Shown piece after piece: positions 1-10,505 of a stretch of 64,000 nucleotides of DNA. This DNA is from Candidatus Bathyarchaeia archaeon. GTDB lineage: Archaea; Asgardarchaeota; Heimdallarchaeia; JABLTI01. Location of the stretch: assembly GCA_035528035.1 (NCBI GenBank), contig DATKZI010000044.1, positions 18,034 through 82,033 on the forward strand, written 5' to 3'. A program made the translations under genes and the position numbers. The notes below the pieces were generated by a model. The model was not told where the DNA came from, ran no database searches, and saw only the letters and a program-made list of their open reading frames with translations. Every line of letters begins with the position of its first letter. The stretch's first letter is position 1.

Positions 1-1200
1 ATATTCACCAATAACTCCTGAAAGGAACATTGCTATTGGTGATATTGCCATTGAGAAAAATCCTAGTACTGAAGATACTCTGCCTAATTTATCTTTTGGA
101 ATGATTAATTGCATACTAGTATTGAAAGAAACATTAGCCAAAGGATTTGGTAATATTGTTATCAATAATAAAGAACCCATTATCCAGAATCTGGCATTAA
201 GAGAACTTGGGATAGTAAGTAAAAGAGCTTCTCCTAAAAACATAATAAATATACAAATAATAGCAGTTCTTATTTTATTCTTAAACCCTTTAAAGAAAGC
301 CATAAACAATCCTCCCAAAATTATTCCTATTTGAAGCATAACCATAACAATTGCATAATCATTTTCCGTTCCTGAATGAACTTTATTTACAAATAAAGGC
401 ATCAAAGTACCCACTGGAACAAAGAAGAAATTAATCACAGTTGCAGTTATTATTAATGCAAATAAGCCTTTTATCTCTTTAATTACCTTAATTCCTTCAA
501 CAAATTGCTCTCTGAATTTTTGTTTTTTCACATCAATCTCTCTTACAATTGCTGGGATTTTAATTAATAGTAAAGGTATAACCGCAATTCCAAAAGTAAT
601 AATATCGATCCACATAGTGAGACTTACACCAAAAAGCTTTAGAAATTGAGCACCAAGAACAGGTCCAATAACTTGAATTATCCCACTTAAAAGAAAATTT
701 ACCCCATTCATTCTGCTAAGATATTTTGGTGGAACCATTGTTGGAATAAGAGTGCTTATAACTGGAGAATGAAAAGCTTGCATAATACCACGCAATCCTA
801 ATGTAATGAAAATACTTGTTATTAATAATGTTTGATTCTGAGTTGAACCGGGGGTATAATAAATCATGAATATGATTGTTAAACCTACAGTAAACAATGA
901 TTGTAAAAGATCAACAATAAGTAAAAGTAATTTTCTATTTGCTCTATCAGCTATAACACCAGAAAAAGGTATTACTAATAAAAATGGCCCTAAACTAGCT
1001 AATGATGCTAACCCTAGCATTAATTCACTTTGAGTCACCTCAGTTATCCACCAAATTAATACAAAAGATACCACCGATGACCCCAATATTGAAAACTGTT
1101 GTCCTGAGAAAAACATCAAATAATGCATGAATGTTCTTCTTTCGCTGTGATTTGTAGTAATAATTTCGTTTTCTAGTTCATTAGTTAATTGTTTTGCCAT
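1..1200 (-). CDS. MFS-family transporter, with its C-terminal part beyond the window edge
   Basis: This ORF is absent from the supplied track because it runs off the window. The reverse strand from ATG (1198-1200) reads MAKQLTNELENEIITTNHSERRTFMHYLMFFSGQQFSILGSSVVSFVLIWW..., followed by repeated hydrophobic helices typical of 12-TM MFS (EntS/DUF894-like) exporters. It stays open to position 1. Confidence 0.7.
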   Translation of the reverse strand, partial: MAKQLTNELENEIITTNHSERRTFMHYLMFFSGQQFSILGSSVVSFVLIWWITEVTQSELMLGLASLASLGPFLLVIPFSGVIADRANRKLLLLIVDLLQSLFTVGLTIIFMIYYTPGSTQNQTLLITSIFITLGLRGIMQAFHSPVISTLIPTMVPPKYLSRMNGVNFLLSGIIQVIGPVLGAQFLKLFGVSLTMWIDIITFGIAVIPLLLIKIPAIVREIDVKKQKFREQFVEGIKVIKEIKGLFALIITATVINFFFVPVGTLMPLFVNKVHSGTENDYAIVMVMLQIGIILGGLFMAFFKGFKNKIRTAIICIFIMFLGEALLLTIPSSLNARFWIMGSLLLITILPNPLANVSFNTSMQLIIPKDKLGRVSSVLGFFSMAISPIAMFLSGVIGEY

Positions 1201-1353
1201 TTTCTTTATAGCTCCTTAAGTCAAGATATAGTAATAGTGGTCATAGTACTTGTTTAGAACGGTTACAAGTGACCATAATTTGACTTCATAAAATGAATAG
1301 AATTCATTTAGATAATAGAACATTTAATAAAGTAAAGAGGACAAAATTAGGAT

Positions 1354-2169
1354 ATGGACCAACAATTTCCCCCTACTGAAGAAGAAAAGCAATTGCAGCG
1401 AATAAAAAATCAACAGTTAATTGAAGCTACATTATATTTAGCAGGAAGACCAGTTCTACATACAGAGATTGCCCAAATTACAGGAATCCAAACAGCAGAT
1501 GTTACCGCTATGATAAAAGAGCTTCAAGATAAATATAAACAATATTTTAGCTGTTTTGAAATCGTTGAACTTCCAGGTAAAAAATTCGTTTTTCAGGTAC
1601 GAGCAGATATTGGTGAAAACGTAAAAGAAATAACTTTACAACCACTCCTAACTTTAGCTGAATTACGTACATTAGCAATGATCGCTTATCAACAACCGAT
1701 TATGCAATCAACCGTGGTGAAAGTAAGAGGTCAACAATCATATGTTCATGTAAAGAATCTTATTCGTAATGGTTTTATAAAAGCTAATCGAGTAAAACAA
1801 ACTCTTGAATTGCGAACAACACCAATGTTTTCTGATTATTTTGGTTTATCACATGATATAGGTGTTCTTAAACGACAATTAGGATGGAGAACTAAACGTA
1901 TTATTAAAGATAAAAAGCATGAGCGAGGCTCCTATTCAATAGAGAATTTTATGGCTCGGATTGGTATCGAAAGCAACGGAACGGATACTAGTGAGTTAGA
2001 TGATATGGAACAGAAAATAAACATGGATAAGAATTCTGCTCGAGAAATGTTCCCCACTATGCTTGATAACCTAGAAGGACCTGATCCATGGGACAACGAA
2101 GTAGAAGGAGAAGATTTCACTGAAGAAGAATTAGATAAGGACTTTAGTGAAGAAGAAAACGACGATTAA
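1354..2169 (+). CDS. scpB: Segregation and condensation protein B (ScpB) with an acidic C-terminal tail
   Basis: The N-terminal wHTH pattern IEATLYLAGRPVLHTEIAQITGI and a second wHTH (LRTLAMIAYQQPIMQSTVVKVRG) are typical of ScpB. The tail is rich in D and E. Confidence 0.7.
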   Translation: MDQQFPPTEEEKQLQRIKNQQLIEATLYLAGRPVLHTEIAQITGIQTADVTAMIKELQDKYKQYFSCFEIVELPGKKFVFQVRADIGENVKEITLQPLLTLAELRTLAMIAYQQPIMQSTVVKVRGQQSYVHVKNLIRNGFIKANRVKQTLELRTTPMFSDYFGLSHDIGVLKRQLGWRTKRIIKDKKHERGSYSIENFMARIGIESNGTDTSELDDMEQKINMDKNSAREMFPTMLDNLEGPDPWDNEVEGEDFTEEELDKDFSEEENDD

Positions 2170-2209
2170 GGGAAATAATTATTGGTAATGAAGTAAAAAA
2201 AACCTTCAT

Positions 2210-2929
2210 TTAAGTTCTTTTTATTTCGAATCTACCAAAATCACGTACTGCAATAGCATTTCGACGTTCAATTACCCGCATTTCAATATTCCCTGAGATT
2301 ATTTGAGAATCAAAATATTTTCTTTGAGCTTCTTCATCCAAAGGTTTGTTGTTAATTGAAACACGTAAATCCTCATAAGTAACTGTTAATCTAATTCGTT
2401 TCTCGTTAATAGATTCAATATACTTTAGTGGTAAAATTAGATCAATATTTTCTTTAAAATTAAGTTTCTCAGATATTTCTTCAAACCATGAACCACCAAT
2501 GATTAAAATTGACTCACCACTAGGTAAAAAGACTAAATTGACAATTTTACCAAATTTCTTGTCCTTAAAATCATGAATTTGTTTTCTTTTTAAAAAGCTA
2601 TAAGTAAAACTATTGCTAGGAATAACTCCTTCTATTAATTTATGTTTTATTTTTGATTTAACAATATTTAGTTTAATAAAATCAGATGAAATTGATTCAA
2701 CAGCATCAAATGGAATAACTGGATCAATATCATCAATGATACCTAGTAGTTCTTTTAGCTCTTCCCATTGACTTCCACCAAGAATGAATGAAAGTATGTT
2801 AAATTCTGAATCAAAAATAACATCACTTATATGCCCAATAATCAAATCGTCTTTGCAAATGACTGATTTTTTTCGCAATTGAGAGATAGTAAAATGTTCA
2901 TTAAATTTACTTTGATTCATTCTAATCAT
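2210..2929 (-). CDS. PRC-barrel-like two-domain protein
   Basis: There are two repeats of a PRC-barrel-like pattern: LRKKSVICKDDLIIGHISDVIFDSEFNILSFILGG and LKRKQIHDFKDKKFGKIVNLVFLPSGESILIIGG. Confidence 0.45.
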   Translation of the reverse strand: MIRMNQSKFNEHFTISQLRKKSVICKDDLIIGHISDVIFDSEFNILSFILGGSQWEELKELLGIIDDIDPVIPFDAVESISSDFIKLNIVKSKIKHKLIEGVIPSNSFTYSFLKRKQIHDFKDKKFGKIVNLVFLPSGESILIIGGSWFEEISEKLNFKENIDLILPLKYIESINEKRIRLTVTYEDLRVSINNKPLDEEAQRKYFDSQIISGNIEMRVIERRNAIAVRDFGRFEIKRT

Positions 2930-3070
2930 AAAAAAAATAGCTTGAATATTGTATAAAATTTTTTGTTTGTGATAATCTCTGATAATTTTTTAAAACCTAG
3001 TTGTAAATCCTTTCAAAATGCTTTTATTTAGGAAAATTACCCACAAAGTATACCCTTCCTAAAGTTAGTT

Positions 3071-4258
3071 ATGAAGTATAAAAAATGTAAGGAGTTTAGT
3101 CACTTGGGACTTTTACTTGAACATGAAGGAAAGAAAATTTTTCAAAAAGTAGGAATACCTCTTCTTCCGGGAAAAGTTGCTACTACATTAGAGGAAGCAA
3201 TAAAAGTTTCGGATGAACTTGGGTATCCTGTTGTTGTTAAAGGCCAAATACTTCACGGTGGTCGTGGCAAAGCAGGATTGATCAAGGTTGTTAAAGATAA
3301 AGCTGAACTTGAAAAAATTACCCCACCAATTCTTGCAGGTAAAATTAAAGATATGATGGTTCAGAATGTTTTAATTGAAAAAGCAGCTAAAATCGTAAAT
3401 GAACTTTATATTAGTGCAATGTTTGATACTTTTAATCGTGAAATCATCTTTATTATGAGTACAGAAGGTGGTGTTGATATCGAGGAAGTAGCAGCTAAAA
3501 CACCAGAAAAAGTACGAAAAGAACGATTTCCAATTGACTATGCTTTTACTATTAAAAATGCTGAAGACCTAGCAAAAAACTTGGGATTCAAGGACGATGA
3601 CTTGAAACAGCTTTCCGACATTCTCTTGAAAATTTGGAATGCAATGGAAACAATGGATTTGCAACTCATAGAGATAAATCCTTTAGCAGTTTTAGAAAGT
3701 GGTCAGATTATAGCACTTGATTCAAAAGTGATTATTGACGATAATGCAGTCTTTCGTCAACCACTATATCAAGAATTCCTAAAAGCGCGTATCCCAGACG
3801 ATCCTTTGGAAGACAAAGCCAATAGCTATGATGTAGCATTTGTTAGATTAGATGGAGATATCGGAATAATTGGTAATGGCGCAGGTTTAGTTATGGGAAC
3901 TACAGATCTAATTGCTGAATTTGGTGGTAAACCAGCCAATTTCTTAGATGTTGGTGGTGGAGCTTCTACTGAAAGAGTATTGAATGCTTTAAGTATCGTT
4001 AAAGAAGTAGGAGAAACTGGTGAAGCGATAGATGTTTTACTTGTAAACATATTCGGTGGAATTACTCGTTGCGATCATGTTGCTCAAGCAGTAATTGAGG
4101 CTCGAGATAAACTCGGTCTAACGATGCCTTTTGTTGTTCGATTAACAGGAACCAAACAAGAAGAAGGTATGAAAATACTCGAAAAAGCAGGAATGAATGC
4201 TTTCACTGATATGGAACCTGCTGTAAAGAGAGCAGTGGAAATTTCCAAGTCAAAATAA
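3071..4258 (+). CDS. sucC: Succinyl-CoA synthetase (ADP-forming), beta subunit
   Basis: ATP-grasp N-terminus (LEHEGKKIFQKVGIP, VVVKGQILHGGRGKAGLIKVV) and C-terminal CoA-ligase motifs (IGNGAGLVMGTTD, NIFGGITRCD) are present. The real start may be TTG 3104, which is preceded by AAGGAG at 3089-3094. Confidence 0.85.
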   Translation: MKYKKCKEFSHLGLLLEHEGKKIFQKVGIPLLPGKVATTLEEAIKVSDELGYPVVVKGQILHGGRGKAGLIKVVKDKAELEKITPPILAGKIKDMMVQNVLIEKAAKIVNELYISAMFDTFNREIIFIMSTEGGVDIEEVAAKTPEKVRKERFPIDYAFTIKNAEDLAKNLGFKDDDLKQLSDILLKIWNAMETMDLQLIEINPLAVLESGQIIALDSKVIIDDNAVFRQPLYQEFLKARIPDDPLEDKANSYDVAFVRLDGDIGIIGNGAGLVMGTTDLIAEFGGKPANFLDVGGGASTERVLNALSIVKEVGETGEAIDVLLVNIFGGITRCDHVAQAVIEARDKLGLTMPFVVRLTGTKQEEGMKILEKAGMNAFTDMEPAVKRAVEISKSK

Positions 4259-4273
4259 AACTGGGTGATTTAA

Positions 4274-5140
4274 ATGAAGATTCTTGTAGATAAAGAAACA
4301 AATGTATTAGTGCAAGGTATTACTGGTACACAAGGAACATTTCATACCCAAGCAATGTTAGAGTTTGGTACAAAAGTTGTTGCTGGTGTAACACCTAATC
4401 GAGCTGGTCAAGAAGTAAACGGAGTGCCCGTCTTTAATACAATTAAAGATGCACAAGAGAAACACGATATAGATGCTTCAGTAATTTTTGTCCCAGCAAA
4501 ATATGCCAGTGGAGCATTAAATGAAGCAATTGATGTTGACATACCATTAATAGTTTGTATTACAGAACACATACCAGTATGGGATGCAGCGCGAGCTGTA
4601 AATAGAGCAAAAGAGAAAGGAATCAATATACTTGGACCTAACACCCCTGGATTAGTTTCAACAGATGGATGTAAAATAGGTATTATGCCTAATCAAATAT
4701 TCAAACCAGGTAAAGTAGGAGTCATTGCTAGAAGTGGAACCTTATCTTATGAAGTCATTTGGGCTTTAACTGCAAAGGGATTGGGTGAAACAACTTGTAT
4801 CGGTATAGGCGGTGATCCTTCACATGGTTATGGATTTGTAGATGGATTAGAATTATTTGAGAAAGATCCAAATACAGAAGCAATAGTATTAATAGGCGAA
4901 ATTGGTGGCACAGAAGAAGAACACGCTGCTGAATATATCAAAAGTAAAGTAAGTAAACCAGTAGTAGCTTTTATCGGGGGAAGAACAGCTCCTCCAGGGA
5001 AGAAAATGGGCCACGCAGGTGCTATTGTTTCAGGTGGCAAAGGTACAGCTGCCTCCAAGATTGCTGTTCTCGAAGAAGCTGGTGTCGGTGTCGCTCGTTT
5101 ATTGAGTGAAGTTCCAGAATTAATTAAAATGAAATTGTGA
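4274..5140 (+). CDS. sucD: Succinyl-CoA synthetase, alpha subunit
   Basis: Motifs [21 protein letters not shown] and the phosphohistidine loop [15 protein letters not shown] are present. The gene lies 15 nt downstream of sucC. Confidence 0.9.
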   Translation: MKILVDKETNVLVQGITGTQGTFHTQAMLEFGTKVVAGVTPNRAGQEVNGVPVFNTIKDAQEKHDIDASVIFVPAKYASGALNEAIDVDIPLIVCITEHIPVWDAARAVNRAKEKGINILGPNTPGLVSTDGCKIGIMPNQIFKPGKVGVIARSGTLSYEVIWALTAKGLGETTCIGIGGDPSHGYGFVDGLELFEKDPNTEAIVLIGEIGGTEEEHAAEYIKSKVSKPVVAFIGGRTAPPGKKMGHAGAIVSGGKGTAASKIAVLEEAGVGVARLLSEVPELIKMKL

Positions 5141-5272
5141 AAAATTTTTTTCCCTTTTCATTTTTTTATTTATTTTATAGATAAATTTAATTATTTTGAA
5201 AAAATAATTTTCTTTGATGTTTTTTTCTTGTCTGTTCTAACATATTATACTACTATTTATGGTAATCTTCAC

Positions 5273-5500
5273 ATGTCTTTACCTAAAGAAGAATTCTTAC
5301 ATTTGGTAAAGGTAGCTCATAAAGAAACTATTTTCAAAATAAAGGATAACCATTTTTTTACTTTTGATGGAATCATTTTCAGTACAAATGAATGTGAAGA
5401 TAATGACTTTGCTGTTGTTATAACTGGTTATAGACTTAATAGTACTCCACCTTACGGATACGATATGAAAAAAATAAGGAAAATGAAACGTAAAAGATAG
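5273..5500 (+). CDS. Hypothetical small basic-tailed protein
   Basis: The ORF has protein-like composition (MSLPKEEFLHLVKVAHKETIFKIKDNHFFTFDG...KKIRKMKRKR). The overlapping antisense ORF looks like junk. I recognise no family. Confidence 0.3.
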   Translation: MSLPKEEFLHLVKVAHKETIFKIKDNHFFTFDGIIFSTNECEDNDFAVVITGYRLNSTPPYGYDMKKIRKMKRKR

Positions 5501-5654
5501 ACTTATTAATTTGCTACGATAAAAAGATTTTTTGATGATTAATACAGTGTAAAATTGTAAACTAATCACTATCCATGAAGAATAGATTTATTATCTACTC
5601 ATGAGGTAAATACATTAATATTAAAAACTATAATACTGTATCAAGGGATAAGAA

Positions 5655-6146
5655 ATGGCATCCGAATGGGTTATGTATCTTAGTGTTATTGCAATTGGTG
5701 TTCTTACAATTGCAGGTGTTACTTTAACATTCAATGCTATAAATACTAATACCTTAGAAAACACTGTTGAAATTGGTTTGAACGAAATCGTTAGCACAGT
5801 TGCTTCCGAACTTAAAAATGTTCTAGAATTAGGTCTTCAAACTGATCCCCTAACAGCTGTTACAATCAATAGGTCACTGGATCTTCCAAGTGAACTTTCA
5901 GGTCATAATTATTTAGTGCAATTCAAGATACTCCCAAGTGGCAAACATTGGTACATTGAAGCCGTTGATACCATTCAAGATAATACAGTCGTTATATTTG
6001 AAACAACTCTTCCTTGGAGAGATGTTTCGTTAACAAGTCCTGACGGATTAAGTTTACCCTTAATTCAAAGTAATGTTGGAGACCAACATTATGTATGCTT
6101 CCTAAGGAATGAAGGAACACAAGCTTTTAGAATAATTATTTTGTAA
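5655..6146 (+). CDS. N-terminally membrane-anchored protein, possibly a pilin-like or pilus accessory protein
   Basis: It has a single N-terminal hydrophobic helix (WVMYLSVIAIGVLTIAGVTLTF). It lies directly upstream of the FlaI-like ATPase, 11 nt away. The function is inferred from context only. Confidence 0.45.
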   Translation: MASEWVMYLSVIAIGVLTIAGVTLTFNAINTNTLENTVEIGLNEIVSTVASELKNVLELGLQTDPLTAVTINRSLDLPSELSGHNYLVQFKILPSGKHWYIEAVDTIQDNTVVIFETTLPWRDVSLTSPDGLSLPLIQSNVGDQHYVCFLRNEGTQAFRIIIL

Positions 6147-6157
6147 TATAGATAGGT

Positions 6158-7720
6158 GTGCAGCAAAAAATGACTGAAAAAACTCCACAAGATGAGGATA
6201 AATTTAAACCAGTTTCTTCTATAGATTCTGCTCCACTATTGGAGGAAACATATCCATTAATTCCTCCTTTTAGTTATTGCCTAATTCAAACTGATCCACT
6301 CACTAATAGAACTCAATATATTGTTGTTGAAGTTCCATTAGAGCAAAAAGAAGAAGAGAAATTCAAAGTAATTAAGCAAATTTTAATTGAGGAATTAGAT
6401 GTCGATTTCTCTATGTTACAAGAAAAGGATCGTGCAGCTGAATATCTTAGAAGAAAAGTATTTGACATCGTTAAAGATTACAATCTCAAACTCAAAGAAG
6501 AATCTTTTGATCGTATTTTATATTATGTCCAAAGAGACCTACTAGGTTTTGGTAAAATTGAACCAATGTTAAAAGATCATATGATAGAAGATATTTCTTG
6601 TGATGGAGTAGGAGTGCCTATCTATGTTTGGCATCGTAAACATGAATCAATTCCTTCTAACATTATTTTTGATGATGCAGAAGAACTCGATTCTTTTGTT
6701 ATCAAATTAGCTCAAAGATCTGGTAGACACATCAGTGTTGCAACACCAATTGTTGATGCTTCACTTGCTGATGGTAGTCGTATTAATATAACCTATGGTA
6801 AAGAAGTTACTCAAAGAGGTTCCACTTTCACTATCCGTAAATTCAGATCAGATCCTATGACCATTACAGATTTAATCATGTTAAATACCTTGGACCCTAT
6901 GACTGGTGCTTTTTACTGGTTTGCTATTGAAAACCGTCATTCTGTTATGATTGCCGGAGGAGTTGCCTCTGGTAAAACTACTCTTCTCAACTGTATTTCA
7001 ATGTTCATTTTACCAGATGCAAAAATCATCTCAATTGAAGATACAGCAGAAGTTAACTTACCACATGAAAACTGGATTCCTTCCGTTGCAAGATTAGGAT
7101 TTGGTGGTGTCGAAAAGGACGGCAAGAAAAGAGGAGAAATTTCAATGTTTGATCTCTTAAAAGCTGCCCTAAGACAAAGACCTGATTATATTCTAGTTGG
7201 TGAAATCCGTGGTGAAGAGGCTTATATGTTGTTCCAATCCATGGCTACTGGTCACCTTGGTCTTGCAACCATACATGGTGATTCTGTGGAATCAGTTATA
7301 CACAGACTTGAATCTGAACCGATGAACATTCCTCGAACCTTACTAAGGTCACTTGATATTGTTGCAGTTCAAGCAAAAGTTAGACTTGGAGGGAAATTCA
7401 TGAGACGGACAGTAGAGGTCACAGAAATTGCTGGTGTAGATCCAGTTACTAATGAGTTGTTAACAAATCCAGTCTTCAAATGGAATCCTCGAGAAGATAA
7501 TTTCACTTTCTTTGGTCGTTCATATATTGTTGAACGTATTAGAGATCAATTAGGATGGTCCGACCAAGATTGTTGGGATGAAATTGAGAAACGTAAAGTA
7601 GTTCTCAGATGGATGGTTAAAAAGAAGATTCGATTCTGGGAAGATGTAGCAACTATCATTAGAGAGTATTATAGTAATCCACAAAAAACCTATGAACGTG
7701 CAATAAGAGGATTACAATAA
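6158..7720 (+). CDS. FlaI/ArlI/PilB-type secretion ATPase (archaeal type IV filament assembly)
   Basis: Walker A (AGGVASGKTTLLN), Walker B/Asp box (YILVGEIRGEEA) and His box (GLATIHG) are present, and the length of about 520 aa is typical of FlaI-like proteins. ATG 6170 is an alternative start. Confidence 0.85.
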   Translation: MQQKMTEKTPQDEDKFKPVSSIDSAPLLEETYPLIPPFSYCLIQTDPLTNRTQYIVVEVPLEQKEEEKFKVIKQILIEELDVDFSMLQEKDRAAEYLRRKVFDIVKDYNLKLKEESFDRILYYVQRDLLGFGKIEPMLKDHMIEDISCDGVGVPIYVWHRKHESIPSNIIFDDAEELDSFVIKLAQRSGRHISVATPIVDASLADGSRINITYGKEVTQRGSTFTIRKFRSDPMTITDLIMLNTLDPMTGAFYWFAIENRHSVMIAGGVASGKTTLLNCISMFILPDAKIISIEDTAEVNLPHENWIPSVARLGFGGVEKDGKKRGEISMFDLLKAALRQRPDYILVGEIRGEEAYMLFQSMATGHLGLATIHGDSVESVIHRLESEPMNIPRTLLRSLDIVAVQAKVRLGGKFMRRTVEVTEIAGVDPVTNELLTNPVFKWNPREDNFTFFGRSYIVERIRDQLGWSDQDCWDEIEKRKVVLRWMVKKKIRFWEDVATIIREYYSNPQKTYERAIRGLQ

Positions 7721-7859
7721 TCCTTTTTTTCTTTATTTTTTATTTTATTTCCCCTTTTTATGAAGAAAGTTGATTAGATAGATAGTTTATACTATGTCTG
7801 TAGCATAATCATTAAATTTTAAAATGAATATGGTTTATTAGTTGTAGAGGAAGGTATAC

Positions 7860-8735
7860 ATGAGTAAAGCATACCGTCATTTCGCTTATATGAGAATTGG
7901 AAAATATGTTGAACCACTCTTACCAAGATTTGAGGATTTAAGTAAAACATTACGTAAAGCAGGCATGGAAGTTAGTTTACGTATGTATTTATCTACTGCA
8001 TTATTAACGACATTCATATCGATCTTTCTTGGTTTTCCAGCTGGATTTGGAATTTTCTATGCAGTAAATGGTGCTTTAAACACTAATGTCTGGGTAGGTG
8101 CGATTACTATAGGCCTTTTAGTCCCGATAGTTACACTATTAGGTTTTCTAGTATATCCTAGATACGTTGCAAGTAATCGTAAACGAGCACTTGAATCATC
8201 ATTACCAACAGCTAGTTCATTCTTAGCTGCTATGGCCTCTGCAGGTGTTGCCCCAGATAAAGCCTTCCTCGCATTAGCAAACGAGAATATTCGATTAGAG
8301 ATTTCAAAAGAAGCTGAAAGAATAACTAGAAATATTGAGATTTTAGGCTATGATATGCTTAGTGCTTTAGTTCTCGCAGCTGAAGAATCACCTTCAAAAG
8401 TTTATTCAGCTTTTCTAGAAGGTCTTGTATCAGTTGTTACCTCTGGTGGTGATCTAACAAGCTATCTTACTAATGAGACAAAATCCCTTATGAGGGAAAA
8501 GATTCGAGAAGAAAAAGAATTTATTGAAGGTTTAGGAGTTATTGCTGAATTATTCCTAGTAATTGGTGTTGTTACCCCAATTTTCTTTGTTATTATGCTT
8601 GCAGTTCTAGCTATTATGGATTCAGGTTCAGGACAACAAGGAACAGTTTTAATGACATTACTTACTTATGTGTTAATACCCATTGGTATGTCCGTCATAA
8701 TTGTTCTAATTGATGGTATGCAACCAACAGAATAA
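7860..8735 (+). CDS. FlaJ/TadC-like polytopic platform protein with a single T2SSF-like domain
   Basis: It has TM helices flanking a cytoplasmic helical domain (LPTASSFLAAMASAGVAPDKAF...). It sits next to the FlaI-like ATPase. Confidence 0.65.
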   Translation: MSKAYRHFAYMRIGKYVEPLLPRFEDLSKTLRKAGMEVSLRMYLSTALLTTFISIFLGFPAGFGIFYAVNGALNTNVWVGAITIGLLVPIVTLLGFLVYPRYVASNRKRALESSLPTASSFLAAMASAGVAPDKAFLALANENIRLEISKEAERITRNIEILGYDMLSALVLAAEESPSKVYSAFLEGLVSVVTSGGDLTSYLTNETKSLMREKIREEKEFIEGLGVIAELFLVIGVVTPIFFVIMLAVLAIMDSGSGQQGTVLMTLLTYVLIPIGMSVIIVLIDGMQPTE

Positions 8736-8771
8736 AAAAAAACGATAAAAGAAAGATCATTTCTTTCTTTT

Positions 8772-9155
8772 TTATTGTATTCTTTCTAAGAATTTTTCTT
8801 TATTTACTATATGTCGTTCATGAATCCCTTCGCCAATTTTATTTTCCCCATGGAAAGCAACTACTTCAAAGATAAGATGTTTTCCTACTTGCTCTTTTAA
8901 TTTAGCAATAACCTTAACTTCCTCACCTTTCTTTGTTGCTCTAAGATGAGAAACATCAACTCGAGTCCCTACTGTTATCCATCCTTCGGTCAAATATTCT
9001 TGAGCTGCGAGCATAGCTGTTTGTTCCATCATTAATATCATAGACGGAGATGATAAAACAGCTACTTTACCACTACCTAAGAAATCAGCTATTTGATGAT
9101 CTTGAACTATAAATGTTTTAATTTTTTCTAAATTTTTTGGTAAGTTAAATTCCAT
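8772..9155 (-). CDS. Hotdog-fold thioesterase (FlK-like family)
   Basis: The pattern LGSGKVAVLSSPSMILMMEQTA...TVGTRVDVSHLRATKKGEEV...HERHIV matches the small thioesterase family. Confidence 0.65.
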   Translation of the reverse strand: MEFNLPKNLEKIKTFIVQDHQIADFLGSGKVAVLSSPSMILMMEQTAMLAAQEYLTEGWITVGTRVDVSHLRATKKGEEVKVIAKLKEQVGKHLIFEVVAFHGENKIGEGIHERHIVNKEKFLERIQ

Positions 9156-9250
9156 AATAAAACACCATCTTATTAATTTTGATTCTTAATTAATTATTTG
9201 AAAATTAATTTATAAATAAGAAAGAATAGAGAAAGGTAAACCCTCTCATT

Positions 9251-9523
9251 CTATTGTAAGGCTATTGTTTCATCAATTGCTTTCTGACGTAAGCATTTAC
9301 TGCAAATATACCCGCCATAAGGTTTGTTGGTTCTAATGGAACTTTTTGCTGGTGAGTAGTTTCTTCTTACTAATCTTTGTTTTGAGCTTGGGATTATTTC
9401 TTTGCATACAGCACATTTAGCTGTGCCTGTTTTATTTGAGACTTTTAATGTTTTAGCTTTACTTTTTGGTGGTTTTCGCCAGACTCTTTTAGCAAAACGT
9501 TCACTTGGTTTCATTGATTTCAC
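9251..9523 (-). CDS. rpl34e: 50S ribosomal protein L34e
   Basis: KPPKSKAK...AKCAVCKE...KPYGGYICSKCLRQ matches the archaeal L34e zinc-ribbon pattern (KCxxC ... RPYGGxLCxxC). Confidence 0.8.
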   Translation of the reverse strand: MKSMKPSERFAKRVWRKPPKSKAKTLKVSNKTGTAKCAVCKEIIPSSKQRLVRRNYSPAKSSIRTNKPYGGYICSKCLRQKAIDETIALQ

Positions 9524-9797
9524 TAGTCCTTTTTAGTTTTAATTACTGATTATTCAGCGATTTTTTCTCATTTTTGAATGTTGTGTTTATAACGTAGATA
9601 TAAGTTTTACCTTTTACTTGAAATCTCTTTTAAGATTATCTTTAGCTAAGTTGAATTATAAGTTTCCGATTTTCTGATTATATACATAAGTCTTTTATGT
9701 GTTTTCTATAAATTAATTGAGCAATGAGAAATCTTTTATTAGGTTAATGTTCCAAGTATCATTAAGCAGAATAAAGAAAATCTAGGAGAAATACATC

Positions 9798-10376
9798 TTG
9801 GGCTGGTTAAGCTGGTTAAATCCCATTGGTGAATGGTTCCAAATAATCTTTAGTAAAATAGGCGTACTTTACGTACCAGGTTCAACATACTTTATTATTC
9901 TCTTCAATGTTTTAATAGCCGTTTTAATGAGTCTGTTAACAAGAGCACTAATAAACGTCGATAAGATAAGTAGACATCAAAAGGAAATCAAAATTCATAG
10001 TCAAAATAAGAAAAAAGCTATGGAAACTGCTGACAAAAAATTATGGCAAAAAGTTCAACGCAGAGAAGAATATATTAAGAAAATTCAAAGCGAAATGATG
10101 ATTCAACAAATGAAACCAATGTTAGTTTATTTTGTTCCGATTACATTTATATTCTTCCTTATGCGAACAGCTTTTCTGAATATTCCTGTTGCTTGGATGC
10201 CTTTCAGATTCCCTGAAATTTGGATTATAATTTCAAATCTTAAATACTATCAGAATTTAACTTGGATGGGCTTTACTGGTTGGTATTTCCTAACGTCCAT
10301 CGGTCTGGGCAACTATGTCCGGCGGTTCATGGGAGCATCTCCAAGTGCTACACGAATATCGCCTACTATGGGATAA
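9798..10376 (+). CDS. DUF106 / EMC3-TMCO1-like (Oxa1 superfamily) membrane insertase
   Basis: The layout is a TM helix, then a basic coiled coil (KKAMETADKKLWQKVQRREEYIKKIQSEMMIQQMKPM), then further TM helices, as in archaeal DUF106 proteins. The start codon is TTG. Confidence 0.6.
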   Translation: MGWLSWLNPIGEWFQIIFSKIGVLYVPGSTYFIILFNVLIAVLMSLLTRALINVDKISRHQKEIKIHSQNKKKAMETADKKLWQKVQRREEYIKKIQSEMMIQQMKPMLVYFVPITFIFFLMRTAFLNIPVAWMPFRFPEIWIIISNLKYYQNLTWMGFTGWYFLTSIGLGNYVRRFMGASPSATRISPTMG

Positions 10377-10411
10377 CTCACAGACTTTCTGTGAGCTCTA
10401 CTTTTTTCTTT
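10377..10411 (+). terminator. Hairpin plus T-tract directly after the DUF106 stop codon
   Basis: CTCACAGA-CTT-TCTGTGAG forms an 8-bp stem at 10377-10395. It is followed by CTCTACTTTTTTCTTTTT. Confidence 0.45.
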
Positions 10412-10505
10412 TTACAAATTTTGTTCCTATAAGCTATTTTTTTATTATCATTCAAAGGATAAAACTTTTTTAGCAATGAGCTACTGAGATAATTCTTGAA
10501 AGAAC

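Noticed and set aside
101-334. A 77-aa plus-strand ORF at the start of the window.
   Set aside because: It lies antisense within the clearly MFS-like minus-strand reading frame that spans 1-1200.
5297-5569. A 90-aa minus-strand ORF.
   Set aside because: Its composition is dominated by Phe, Ser, Ile and Tyr, which is typical of antisense or AT-rich noise. It overlaps the more protein-like plus-strand ORF.
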